42,166 nt of DNA from Phoronis australis (taxonomy: Eukaryota; Animalia; Phoronida), in contig NMRA01000019.1 in NCBI GenBank assembly GCA_002633005.1, positions 1,636,690 through 1,678,855 on the forward strand, written 5' to 3'. Position numbers and translations under genes: made by a program. The notes below the pieces were generated by a model. That model made no database searches. It saw nothing but the letters and a program-made list of their open reading frames with translations, and was not told where the DNA came from. Below, piece after piece: positions 12,521 to 24,799 of this stretch (its first letter is position 1; each line of letters opens with the position of its first letter).

Positions 12521-15500
12521 CTACAAATCACGAATTCGTCGTTAAATTTACGTCCAAACCTAACAAACACAAAAGGTGGGTGATGTATATGCTGCCAAAA
12601 TTTAAGAAACCAGGCAAATTTACAACCAATTCACTTTCCAGTCCGGCATGGCGATTGGTCAAATGTAAAATCATTTACCTCCATTGCATTGTCCTCTTAC
12701 TAACCAAAAATAGTACAGTTAGTCCCACACGCCTCGTATGAGACGCGCGCATCCCTCACAGCCTGTACTATTAAACAGAACGACTGAAACTATTTTCTGT
12801 GTAATAACCTGTTCGTATATACATTTAGACGCATTCATACATATACATATAGATATACATACATGTACAAGCAAGTGAATTAAATTCGAGCTGACCAGTC
12901 AAGCAATGGTGTCCTGTGGGATTTAAACCAGCAGCCTTGAGGGGGGCAAGCGAGGACTAAACCCAACAGGCCAAACTGTTGCAACTAAGAACGCGGAGTT
13001 TAGAAAGTCTACTGACACCTTACCCCTAAACATAGAACACTTTAGCGTCAATGGGGTTAGGCTGACACATACTTCAAGAACTGCTGTGTGTAAAACTGTT
13101 TACTCTCAGTTTTTTGAAAGTATGGCGTTATAATGTCACTAACCTGCGTTCCCCTTAAACCCTGATTCTGGAATACAGTAATAGCCTCCAGGTATGTTAG
13201 AGCACTTCTCATTGGCAGAACAAGGAGGCTTGGTTAAACATTCGTCAATATCTGAAAAACGACACAAAAGTAACAAGACAGGTGGTATGTTAATAAAACG
13301 ATGATATTGTTGAAGACTATATGGAGCTGCATTTCAATCTGTGTTACCGTTGAAATGTCAATCAAATTAGTCTCTTTGGATATGTCTCATATGTACTTTA
13401 CCGTCACAACATTTTGTTTAAGCTACAAAAAAGAACATTTGCTCCAATATCGGCTACAAAAACGCTTCGAGGACTCTTGGGAATTCGACAACTCGAAAAT
13501 CCCGAACGTAAGAAGAGCAACGCGTTGAGCTGAACTACTTCAAGAAGAGCACAATGAATCGGAAACTTGTAGGATTGGTTATTGCCGTCATATACAAGAC
13601 TACTACTTAGCGAAAAATATGTCAGGGAAATATACATGTAAACATGAAATGAAGTTGGCATTGGGAGGCAAAGCTGTAGTAGGATACGTCTACCAAGTTA
13701 ATTGGAATACATTGCCATATTTCAAGAAAATGCAACTGCAGATGCCAACAATGCAAGGTGGTGCTGTTGCCTGTGGGCACACTACTGCAAGTTTTTATAA
13801 TGATCCTCTCAGCGGCTGTGCAAGTACACAAACTACTCAAATGGATAATAAAAATGGCCATTAAGTGTCAAAGAATCATCATAAAATTGAACGGTGCTGT
13901 ACTGTCGTCTTTATAATAGAATCTAAATTGCAAATTCGTGAAAAACACCGACGAACTTAGAGGGTACCACAGTTGCCAGACTCGGACATCCTCGTCTCAT
14001 CAAGATTAGCCTACATGTTCCAAGTTTCATAATGGTCCATTGAACAGTTTTTTGGATTAGGAGGTGTTTTAGAACGAGTCAATGCGATATATCAGCGGGT
14101 GCAAATAGTATACAAATCTAATTAACTTACCAACGCATGTGCGCTTATCGTTTCCCAAGAGGAATCCATTACCACAAGAACAACTGAAACTTCCTAAGAC
14201 ATCCGAACAATTGCCGCCTGAACAGCCTCCGTTGTCTTGTAGACATTCATTGACATCTGTGATAAATAATATACAATTTACAAGGAGCGTCTGCTCCCCA
14301 AAAAACGTTTTCTTTCTTGGCGTATACGCTAGATACGGCATTCATCACGTGCCAAGGGACTAAGTCCGGAGGCACTTTTTGGTGTTGAAAATGGGTGCCA
14401 GTCACGTGTTTCTACAACCCAGTTTACGTTGCTGTGGACATGGAAAGATATGTTTATGGATAGATCTTGAATGTATTAAAAAATTTAAGAATTTTTAGAG
14501 GGACTTTATTTCATTTTTAAGGTAGTGAAACATTAAATCAAATGTAAACATTTAACTACATCATATCAAAACAGATGTCTTGCTATGTCCACAGACAGTA
14601 AACGGAACTTGCGATCCCTGCTTGAATATCCCCGTGCTCCACAATTTCATTGCAAGGCAATGGAGTTATACGCTAGGCCTAGACGTCAGACGGAAGGTTT
14701 CCATGGTTATACGATATGCGCCTGCACTTGTATTTTCTGTAAAGTGACTGGGATCGGATTTCTCTAATTATTTACGCAGGTTACATGTATGCTGGACAGG
14801 AAATTTACCTAGATGGGGAGGAACACTTACTGTCGCACGTCTTGCCGTCATCCGATAACGCATAGCCTTCTACACATGAGCATTTGTATGATCCAAACGT
14901 GTTTATGCAGACCTGGGCACAGCCGTGGTTGAAAAGGCATTCGTCGGTGTCTGAAAATGTTCCAAAAACACAGCTGATATGCCTTGTTTTCTATATACGT
15001 AGTTGCATCAATCCCAAAATTCTGTGTCAACATGTTGTTGGCAGTCAAAACAAGGTTAAAGAAGTGTCGGCAAGGGCCAAGAGCGGCACACTGTCAGGGA
15101 TCTCACTTGAAAGTCGACTAAGTAAAGCATCAAGTTCATCCCAAGACGTTAAGCAACATGAAAATATCTACTCTTCAACTCGTTGCAATGGGGCTTTTCA
15201 AACGGTTGCTCAATTTTAAGAAAGTCATGAAATCGAATTACTCCAGTTGACGCACTCAAAGCGTGTGTAGTCTCGCTGGTTTACAGTAATAGAACGAGCC
15301 CAATAATACGCTGCTCTATTTCTAGTCCTTTCTTCTAACAGATAGATATGACCCAAATAAACGAAGGTACTATAGAATAAATCAACTATTTAAATAGCTA
15401 AATGTAGAACGATGATGTAAAAACATTAAACGACGTAAACTCACCAAAAACCACAGTGTAAATAATAGTTATCTCATGTAATTTAGAAACTCGAATGAAC

Positions 15501-17536
15501 ATCAAAGGTAACGATCTAGTTACGAACTTTACAAATCCATTTGATGCAAATACCCTCTGCCAAAAACATGAACACCCGTGAATTTCCCCACAAAACCACG
15601 AAAATCAAAAGCAGGGAAGACTTTCACACTTACCTAGAATGGATATTCCCGGTGGTCCAATAGGTCCTTGGTCACCTTGGGGACCCTGATCGCCGTCATC
15701 GCCCACTGGACCCTTGTCCCCTTTTACACCAATATTGCCTTGCGGTCCAACTGACCCTGGAGGACCTTGTGGACCGGGCACTGTTGCACCAGCAATGCCC
15801 GTGTCTCCTTTTACACCAGGGGGACCCTGAGGGCCAATGGGACCTTGGTTACCAGTAGTGCCAAATGGTCCCATAGCCCCTAAAAAAAACACAATTATTT
15901 TTCAATTGGAGATAAACGCTCGTTAGAAAGGAGCCCAAATCCAACCTCAAGTCTTTCATCAAGGAAATTTTGCTGTGAGGTTAGTAGTAATTTACTCTTT
16001 TATAATTCATGGATTTTTTCTTCAACAAAAAGCACTCTTTAGAAACATTGATGCTCGTTTTTACTGTATTATGCAGTGGTAGACCCAGGATTTTTAGTTT
16101 TGGGGGGCCAAGACAGAGTATTAGCATGCATTTTGCCCGTCAGACATTCGCACCACCGAAATGCAAAATGTTTTCTAAGTCTGGTCAGCACGCCACCTGA
16201 GGTCACATCACGTGACCTAGTAACACTTCCCCCCTAGCGGCCCACGATAGTAATTCGTGGCTCATTTTCATTCCGCGGTTGAAGATGAAATATTTATTAG
16301 GCCACGACTTAGACATGTTTACAGCTCAAGTGACAAGCGTGTTTTCCTGCATATCGCTTAAATGTTGCCGATGAATTTCTGAGATGTCACCGGATGTATA
16401 CGAGATACCAACCGTCCCACAATGCCTTTAGAAAACGGTCGTAGTGCCGTAGCTGAACTCCTCCGAAATGCCTACTTGGGTGCCTTATATATGTACAATA
16501 TCTTCTTCAGTGGCAACAATTCTTAATATTGACATGAGGGCATATTATAAAGACATTTGTCCTACCTTCGTTTCCCGGTGGTCCGGGAGGTCCCGATGGT
16601 CCTGAAGCACCGTCTACACCTTGTGGTCCGGGTGGACCTGGGGGTCCTGGATCCCCCACCTGTCCTTGAAAGCCCTGGTCACCAGCATCACCCGTTGGTC
16701 CAGGTGGACCGGTGGGTCCCTGGGAACCTTGTGTTCCCTTGGGACCGGGTGGACCCTACGTCCAAGCAAAAATTACTGCTCATCAATTTGATACCATTAT
16801 ATGTGTGTTTATATTTTTCAGTCCAATGCTTAAAGAATAATCGAACACAATGACTCATTAAAATACCTTTTAACTCTCACCAAGAAATAGATTCGACATG
16901 ATCTGTAATTTTAGGAGTTTTCGCTAAACGTGCCTCTTTACAACATCCAACAATCTATAAATTTGTTTTATGAAAAGATGCGCTTGTTCTGATATGTGCC
17001 GAAATCTACCCGGCTAAAAATGTCAAGGTGGCTAAATAGTGTAAGTGGTCTGGTCTCTTTCACAGGCAATCAGGCTTGCGCAGGTCACTTGGTTGGTCAC
17101 ATTGCATGAAACGCAAACCCGTCTCCTCCTAGCGTATGCAAGATATCGCGGAGCATCTCCCTGTAGAGTTCAACAGTATCAATGAACATCGTTCCGAAGC
17201 ACGCTGCAATTTGAATGCGCGATTCCTAACCCAATGCGTGCTTCTGATATCACCCATTTTGTACTCACTATGCACGTGAATACGTGATTTTGAATACGTT
17301 GCACCATCGCCATGTAGAACAGCGATGACAAATTAGCTCCGATCTACCGTAAGTGTTGCAGGTAACAGCAAGCAAAGAAATAACACAGGCCAATAAAATT
17401 AATATCTGTAAGTTTCCGCAATGCTGAAAAAAATCCCTACCGGTGGACCTGGTGGTCCCGGAGGTCCATCTTCAACGGCATTTGTGAACGCGCAGATCAT
17501 GGCGACCAGCCAGGTACCCCAGATAGTTACTTTCAT
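12114..17536 (-). CDS. Spliced gene, 7 coding exons, 430 aa: signal peptide - collagen triple helix - 3 EGF-like (cbEGF-type) modules - TM helix - cytoplasmic tail
   Basis: Exons are 17536-17441, 16755-16566, 15879-15634, 14950-14831, 14256-14131, 13251-13144 and 12520-12114. All introns are GT-AG with compatible phases (0,1,1,1,1,1). The exons total 1293 nt = 430 codons + stop. A minus-strand AATAAA lies at 11982-11987. Confidence 0.88.
13144..13251 (-). CDS. Collagen-EGF-TM gene exon 6: truncated 4-Cys cbEGF-like module
   Basis: [36 protein letters not shown], with TTTTCAG/GTTAGT, phase 1-1. Confidence 0.85.
14131..14256 (-). CDS. Collagen-EGF-TM gene exon 5: EGF (cbEGF-like) domain
   Basis: [41 protein letters not shown] has six Cys. 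Phase 1-1, ACAG/GTAAGT. Confidence 0.92.
14831..14950 (-). CDS. Collagen-EGF-TM gene exon 4: calcium-binding EGF domain
   Basis: [40 protein letters not shown] matches D-x-D-E-C and C-x-N-x-x-G-S-Y-x-C. Phase 1-1 exon with TTTCAG/GTAAGT. Confidence 0.92.
15634..15879 (-). CDS. Collagen-EGF-TM gene exon 3: 26 Gly-X-Y triplets with one interruption
   Basis: Lies within ORF 15605..15892. Acceptor TTTTTTTAG, donor GTAAGT, one GATVPG interruption. Confidence 0.92.
16566..16755 (-). CDS. Collagen-EGF-TM gene exon 2: 21 Gly-X-Y triplets
   Basis: Uninterrupted [39 protein letters not shown]...GNE, bounded by AG and GT. Confidence 0.9.
17441..17536 (-). CDS. Collagen-EGF-TM gene coding exon 1: signal peptide and first GPP triplets
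   Basis: Translates [32 protein letters not shown] and ends at donor GTAGG. An acceptor TTTCAG just before the ATG implies an upstream non-coding exon. Confidence 0.85.
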
Positions 17537-18594
17537 TCTGAAATGTTTAAATGCACCTGCGTAACAAGTTTCTGTTGGCTAGAACATGATTTCCGCTGCT
17601 CCTAGACAGAATCACAACAAGAAAACAAATTAATACTTCATATATTCACGTTTCAACAATGGCGATTACCCTTGTATATCATACACTAAACCTGTCGATG
17701 CGCCGTTGCAGTAACCCTGCCACTTGTACGTGAAATAACCGACGTTAGAGCACACCCTGCGACACAACTAATACACGTGAGTAAGTGAAAAATGTATTTT
17801 AATATATTAAACTTCACGCGTTTTTACATGCCCTGTGTGAAGGTTATAAGCCTTGGTTGGAGTGCATTCTACTTGCATTTGGCTAAGATATTAACCCAGC
17901 ACAATAATCTGGGGCAATAAGAATTATCCCGTTTAAAACACGTTTAGCCTGGCGTTTACTTATGTTCACAATGATTGTGAGGTGAACGGAGTGCAATGGC
18001 TATTGAAACAATGCTAAGAATGGATAGTGTTTAATCAGTTACCTTGACACTGAGCAGAATTTAAGTGAGATTAGTTCCTGCCCCAAAAATCACAGCGGCT
18101 TTTTTGCTACGTGAAAACAGAGATGTGTAAGATAAATTAGCTTCCCGAGAAAAACTAATAACACACTTAGCGAGAGATCGCAACGAAATGGAATAAAACG
18201 AATCAAGTGATCACACAAGTTTTACTCGCTGCAAGTGTTTTCATTTAGGGAATGTCTCCCAGAATAGGTGAAATAACTGATGGGTCCTGCCATCAGGTCT
18301 TTGGTGGCCAGGCGTTCAGCGTCACTTTCAGATCCATGTTATGCGGAAGGGAGGTTTCAACCCCTGGTAAAGTGTTTTAAAGAGTTTTCACCATGACCCG
18401 ATGTCTCAAAAAGAATTTTATTAATGCATCTTAAGAGATTTAATAGTCTTTCGCATACCTGTTGCTAAGCAACAAGCCAATATATATTTCTATTTTCGAG
18501 GTTGTACGTAATGGGTGGAAGGCCGTCTCCGCCGTTTGGAGGCACTGAAGAGTTGTAACTTGTGAGGAAAGTCCGCGGTGAGCCGCCTTTTTCA

Positions 18595-18846
18595 GACACG
18601 AAAAGGTGCGCTTGTGGAGGCTGTAGAAACAGCAACTTGATTGAGAACGTCTCTGTGTTCAAATTTCCTAAGTACGTAAAGTTGCACAGAAATGGCATCA
18701 GTTTGCGTCACACGAGAGTGTGGAATGTCAGCGGTGCGGAATATGCGATTCAGTCGGGAGTCACACTTTGTTCGGTACATCTCAAGAAATCGTGTTTCGA
18801 CCAAACGCGAAAGCGGCGTTGCGATGAAAAACTCGCCACCTTGTAA
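18595..18846 (+). pseudogene. Decayed THAP zinc-finger domain (transposon-derived)
   Basis: RCACGGCRNS...SVFKFP...LCSVHLKKSCF fits the C2CH THAP pattern. The conserved KW appears only in a shifted frame (AQKWHQF), and there is no ATG. Confidence 0.7.
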
Positions 18847-21272
18847 GTGTATTTGAAAATTTTATAAGCAAACTGCTTCCGTTCTAGGGCGAGTGATGCC
18901 AGTACCTCGACCCCAGCCCAGATGGAGTAATACGACCCTTAGGCTTATACATGTACATGATGTTTACACCGCCTTACTCCTTCCATCATGGCAATAGTGA
19001 ATACAAAATACTGTGGCATTTGTCAGTGATTATTAAATGTCTCTTTTTGGGAATATTGACCACCAGTTGCTTTTGGCTCACATACATGTATGTCTGCAGC
19101 ATTCCCGTGCAAGTGGGTCGAGGCGGTGGAGCCAATACGGCCTCCAAGCCAACTAAAATTTGGTATGTGGGAAATCAAATTCAATGTCTAATACTTCAAG
19201 TGCTTGAGTATTATGCCGGTAACCCCGCTCGCTCAAAGTCGTCCTCGTCTTCTGATCAGCTGTGTTCCGCCATCGCAATTGATTTGTCAAGTGACCAGAC
19301 GTCTTCCACCCATTACAGCATTTGGCGACAAACTTGGAAATGACTACTTTTTTTTCAAAGTTTGTATTTTTGCACTATTTGGCATGAGAAGTGCTTTTTT
19401 AGTTAGATTTCATGGTATTCTTTTCATATTAGCTAACTGAAACCTCGAGAACTAAGAAATGGCATGGCGGGAACTCTTAAACAATCTTCCTGCTGCTATA
19501 ATAGCGATGAATTTCTACTTCTGTGCCTGACGGAAACAAGGAAAACTCTTCAAAATATCAATTGATGAGCAAGGAAGTCCTCATTCATGCAGTTCCCACT
19601 GCGAAGATGTAGCTGCGACAAAATCAGTGGCGGCCCAGCGCTGATAGGGAGAATTTCGATCCCAGTCGGTGTCAAAAGGCTAAAATTGATAGAACAATGA
19701 CAGAGGCTAGCATTAAAATTTGATTCTAGGCTTTAAGGTTTAAGAACCATTGTGTAGTAATTCAATTTATGTCCACCAAATATCTGTCGGGATCAATCAG
19801 AAGTCATTTTTGTGCTCAGATTACTCTACATACCGCCAAAAGGAAAATGTCCCTATTAATCAGGTATGGGATCTTATTACAAGCAGGACAGGTCAACAAC
19901 AAAGGGCCTTCTGCCAATTGCCACGAATCTCGTACCTATGGCGCACTCACTATCGATTTGACACTTCTACAGGTCGAGCAGTCAGAAGCTTGCTAATTCA
20001 AACACCACACTATCGTGGGTACCACAAGACAGGTTCGGGTGTTGTACGGGGACTCAACCTGCATAATTATACATGTAAAGCCCGAGACTACATGTCAGCA
20101 CCTCCAAGAACGGAGGTTTTAATTCCATAGCAACTGCGGAGAATTTAAATGCAATCAGATTGATGGTTCCGGAAGTTCGAAACGTAGGTAACACTGCAGC
20201 TGGTCTGAGGCTAATTGGGATCTTTTTTATAGGACTGATATATCGCATCTAAAACGTGAACAGTCATTTGTTTGTTATCCGTAAATAAAAAGTTCCCCTA
20301 GTCCCCTGGCATTATTGTATGAAGTATTTTTTTTACAAAGAAATAACTCCTGCGTGGGCGAGCGGAGTCGCCTCCCTAGATTCGCAGTGTCTGAGTGACC
20401 AAGCTCAGGATGGAGGGAGGCATCGCCCATTGAATACAAACAAAACAAAAGCTACACATGTCTGTGCAAACAGTAATCCTGTCTTACTACTAGGATTGAT
20501 TTTGTTTTGAAAACAAGACTACACAGTTAATAGTAAACGCTACTTTTGAGAAACAACGAGTCCACCAGTTATACCAATGTTTAATTTTCAATGTGAGTAT
20601 TCCAGGTACACGTCGTATTATATACGTCAGTCCTGAGTGATAGGCACAGACTTACGTGCTGTTGACTGGCTCTACTCATTACTACCGTACACTCTAACAA
20701 AAATCAATTCCTAGGTTAACACACGAGAAATCTAATGTGGCCAGTCTGAAGAATAAAAGCGTCATCAGTGAAGAGCGGCGTAAAATACTTACTATTCGCC
20801 GACTTTCTTTAATACTTACGCGTTTGTCTTCACAGGATTGCTACGGTCAAAATGGCCACCGCCTTAAAATTCGTCATCCACCTCGTCGAATAAAGTACTT
20901 TAGTCCACACCCTTTATCCGTTATTGTGGCCATCCATTGTCGCTCGGTGAGAAGAGAAAACATACCTAGAGCGTAGTTACATAATACCGAGAATACAAAT
21001 CTAAGGGAGCATTCATTGTGGGACGATTGATCCTTCATTTTGTGGACGCGTTTCAGTAGGAAATAGCCATACTTACTACTGAATAATACTATTTTACTTA
21101 CTGTAAAGCAAAGGGTCACATCTTTCTTACTTTGTTGTTTAAAGTTATCACTAACGGCGATTTGCATCAGAATGAAAATGCACCAATCCCTCAAAGGAAG
21201 CTGTCGGCGTCTACATGGAGTACTCCGTACGTAAGCGGGGTTCAGACCCGATTGATTCATGTCAGTGTCTTT

Positions 21273-21424
21273 CATGGGCGGTGCAGGACTGAAAAAAAGT
21301 AAAGGCTATACCCCCCCCCCACACGGCCACCCTGTGCCGCGCCGCCCATAGGCCATGGACGCTGTAATCGGCACTAAAAAGGGGGGCTATGCGTCCCAGC
21401 CCCCGACCTATGGGTGCGCCACTG
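21273..21424. mobile_element. Two adjacent mini-MITEs (21273-21350, 21354-21424)
   Basis: The first matches 11274-11348 in inverse orientation. The second (gcactaaaaagggggg..cccagcccc..cctatggg.tgcgcc) matches 36649-36751. Confidence 0.6.
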
Positions 21425-23576
21425 GGTCAGTGACAGTTTGGCCTACGCCAGTAAATTGTTCACTCCCGCACTTTACAAGCGTGAGTTACTCAATGACCAG
21501 CGTTTTTCGAGGGCGTAAAATACCAGTCATGTTTATCTCAAAGGGCACATTTTGGCTACGAGCGTAAGATTAGGCCTCAGGGCCGGGCCGTCAAAATCAG
21601 TTGGGACACCTTTGGAGCCGCTCCACTATGAGTCATAGAAATGGCTGTAAGCCCCACACGTAACAAGATGCCTTTCATGCGCTTTTATCCAAAGAGCTGT
21701 AAGGAATCCCTTTTCAAATGTTCCGCTATTTCATGTGAGGCTATCACTGAGCGGGACTTTCACGCCGAGCCTCATGTAAAAAAAACTTTATAAATGCATC
21801 ATAATATGACAATATAATTTATTGTTATAATGCTTTTAAGAGTTTTGTTTTGGTCATTTGGGTGAAAAAAATGGTCGTGATATTTTCCTGGTTGTTTGGC
21901 TATGGGTGAACGTTTTTGATACAAATACTTCGGCTGAGTAACGTGGAACGTGTATAGGCGTCTATACCGTCCGACTGAATCGCATACTAGCATAGGTTCA
22001 AGGTACATTGATAATCGTATATGCCACTAATGTCATGGTCTTCAAAGCTGTCACTTTCATAGAAATGCGCTTCCTTCGACTGGAAACAGCTGCAAAAACG
22101 TTGAAAAAAGCAAGGCTCTCACAATGGGAAACTGTCTAAAATAGCCGGCGGCAGTCATACATTATCAAGCATGTACACAAATTTGATGAGCGAGGATTCT
22201 TAGATTGGCTTGGCCGATAGAGGTACGGCCGGGGACGCCAAAAACATTACACGAAAAATGGTCACAAGGTAGCGTGCATCACGTCCAGTGCATTTGTAAA
22301 TGTGAAGATGTTGTCATTACTTAAAAAAAAAAACAATTTGCCAAATTTCATAAAGAACATAAACCAATTCCAAAGATACGTTGTAAATGTACACACTAAG
22401 GAGGAAAGCCAGCTAGCTGTATCGAAGAATATTGTCAAGTTACAGCCGGGGTGACATTGAAATTTTACACAAGCCGAGTAGCTAAGCTCCTCACCTCGCA
22501 TTACTGCCGTTTAAGTGCAACACAATCTAATAAACGTCATGTTTGCGTAATTTTCCGCCTTTGGTAATAAAGAAAAGTCTGTCGTGGTTTCCGCGTCATT
22601 TCCTAAAATTTGGCCGGTGCGATATCTCTCGGGAGATGAAGACAGCTTCGTAGCAGCAAAACTTGTTTTCTGGTATTGTTATATTAAAAACTTGTAACGA
22701 TATGAAACCAGTTCCGATTGCTATGACATGTTTGCAACCTCGTGGAAGAGAATAACAGTTATATAAGAATCTGAAAATTGGCCATTATGTTGTCACCCTG
22801 ACTGTTGAAGCCCGTGTAGGAATTGCAGGCACTGACTTCAGGTCTCCAATAACCGAGTGGGTACGCCAGAAATATTCTTACCTAATTAGAGTGATGCTAA
22901 ATGGATTTTTGTCTATTACATGATACATCATTTCGGTCTTGTCTCATCTAAAAGCACGTTAGCTGTCTAACGTTCTCATTCTGGCGGACAACTACATTGT
23001 ATAGTCGGCTGCGATGGTTAGTACATGTAAGTGACATCTATTATTGGGCATTGGCGTATATGTGGATAGCATAAAACTTTGAACAGGAATAGACTGTTGG
23101 AAAATCACTGCAGTCACATTCCATCATCTCAGTCAAAATATGAGTCAGAGGTTCATACTCAATATGTGCTTAACAATCACTCCTCGCAATGGTACAACAA
23201 GAGACATCTCTTCTCGATCAAGTGTGCTTACACGCGGAGGAACTTTCATCAAATCTCCGTTCCTGCCACTGATCAAAGGAGGATTCTTTAAAATTGGCTA
23301 AACGCTTGCTCCAACGTGTGCTGGTATACCGTTACCTGACGCTCAGACCTGTGTCATTTTTTGGCCATCTTAAGGTCATTTGCAAACGCAAAAGTATTAA
23401 ATATGGTATGTTCAATTGCTTTTACTTCATCCTCCACACATGCGATTGTTCTTAATACTCACAGGAACTCAATTTTAGAGACAACTGCAGCTCAAGCCTA
23501 GAACAACACATTGACGCAGACCAGATTCACTGATGACGTCACAGAAAATATTTTATTTTTGTGCGCCCATAAACGA

Positions 23577-24440
23577 TATATATAGATTATTACATGGCGA
23601 AGTCGTTATCCCCCGTTATCTAGAGCCCGAGTGGATTTTAGAGAATTACCAGCCTCCGGGCTAACGCTCCTCGGGTGATAAGTCTCCAAAATCCACGAGG
23701 GTTCTAGATAAGGAGGATAACGACTGAGAGCATGTAATAATATATTTATACCAGGTACTGAACGAGAAACATTGCAATGAATCGATCTACCTTTCTCGAC
23801 TCGCTTCGGCTTTGTAACTACTTTCTATGTCAGAGGCCGGGGTCGGAGGTCATGACCTTTTAAGAAAAGCCGAGCTATTTTTGTCAAATAATGCTTATAC
23901 TCAAAAGCAATTAAAAATTTAAATAAAATAGAAATAAAGTGAATCTATCAATTAAGGTTTAACAACTATTATAGCTTACTACAAATTTTATCACGCTAAG
24001 CTTCGACCGGGAAAATATCGTCAGCTAAAGTGGGTTACCACTGGTAACTAAATAGAATGCTCAAGTCAAAGGATCCCGAGGACACGTTACCAGCATTCAA
24101 ATTGGAAATCGGTGATTTACAAGTGAGAGAACACGAGAGAAAAATTTCACTGAACTAAAATATCGATTTTATGGAAATTATGCGTCTCATTTTTCACAGC
24201 GTGTAAAAGTCGGTGCAATGCCCTTTGCTGAACATGAGGTTGTTGCACGTGATCATTTAAGTATTCTATTTTCACGTTCGATGACGTCAGCCGTAAAGTC
24301 GGCGACTCGAAACTCTTTAGGCCCGGGTTCGAATCCGGTCTCGGTTTCCCGCCAAAATGTTATCCCACTAGTGAGATAACTGTATGGGTTACTACACGGT
24401 TGTATCTGTCATTCGAGGCTAATATTGTGGTATAAATGTA
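23577..24440. mobile_element. Non-autonomous element with a long 5' hairpin and ATTTATACC/GGTATAAAT inverted motif (Crypton-like)
   Basis: An imperfect hairpin with arms of about 70 bp spans 23583-23743. atttatacca at 23744-23753 is inverted at 24428-24437. The family label is from recollection of such elements. Confidence 0.5.
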
Positions 24441-24799
24441 TTTATATACGTTTATATTGCCGCTATCTGTGTCTGCTCGTACTCGCATTTGTCGTTCTGC
24501 ATCCGTACATGTAGCTGCATCTCCTAAACTAGTGCTGTAGTGGGGCGTAGGCGCACGTAGACCAACCACCTTTTGACATTTAAATGTAGCACCGACTCAC
24601 TGTATTTTACGTAGATAGTGCGAATTCTGTGCACTTTCAATATTCAGCGCTCAAGGTTATACGGTGGCTGTTGAGCGCCTACTTATACCTCTAATTTTAC
24701 CGCTATAGCACTGTCCTGCAGGATCTTACTCGGAGTTTTGGCAGTTGTGTTGCCATAAAGCTGGCGACAGATAACGACCGGTTCAAGAACTATTATGCC

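Noticed and set aside
16557-16853. Plus-strand 98-aa ORF
   Set aside because: Antisense shadow of collagen exon 2.
12114-17536. Naming the gene CCBE1 or a numbered collagen
   Set aside because: The domain order is reversed relative to CCBE1, a TM helix is present, and there is no COLFI/NC1 domain.
23990-24030. Second hammerhead-like motif on the minus strand (CTGACGA...GAAG)
   Set aside because: Stem II does not pair and the core is altered.
24300-24350. GGTTCGAATCC tRNA-like T-loop
   Set aside because: No acceptor stem or cloverleaf can be formed; at most a SINE-like fragment.
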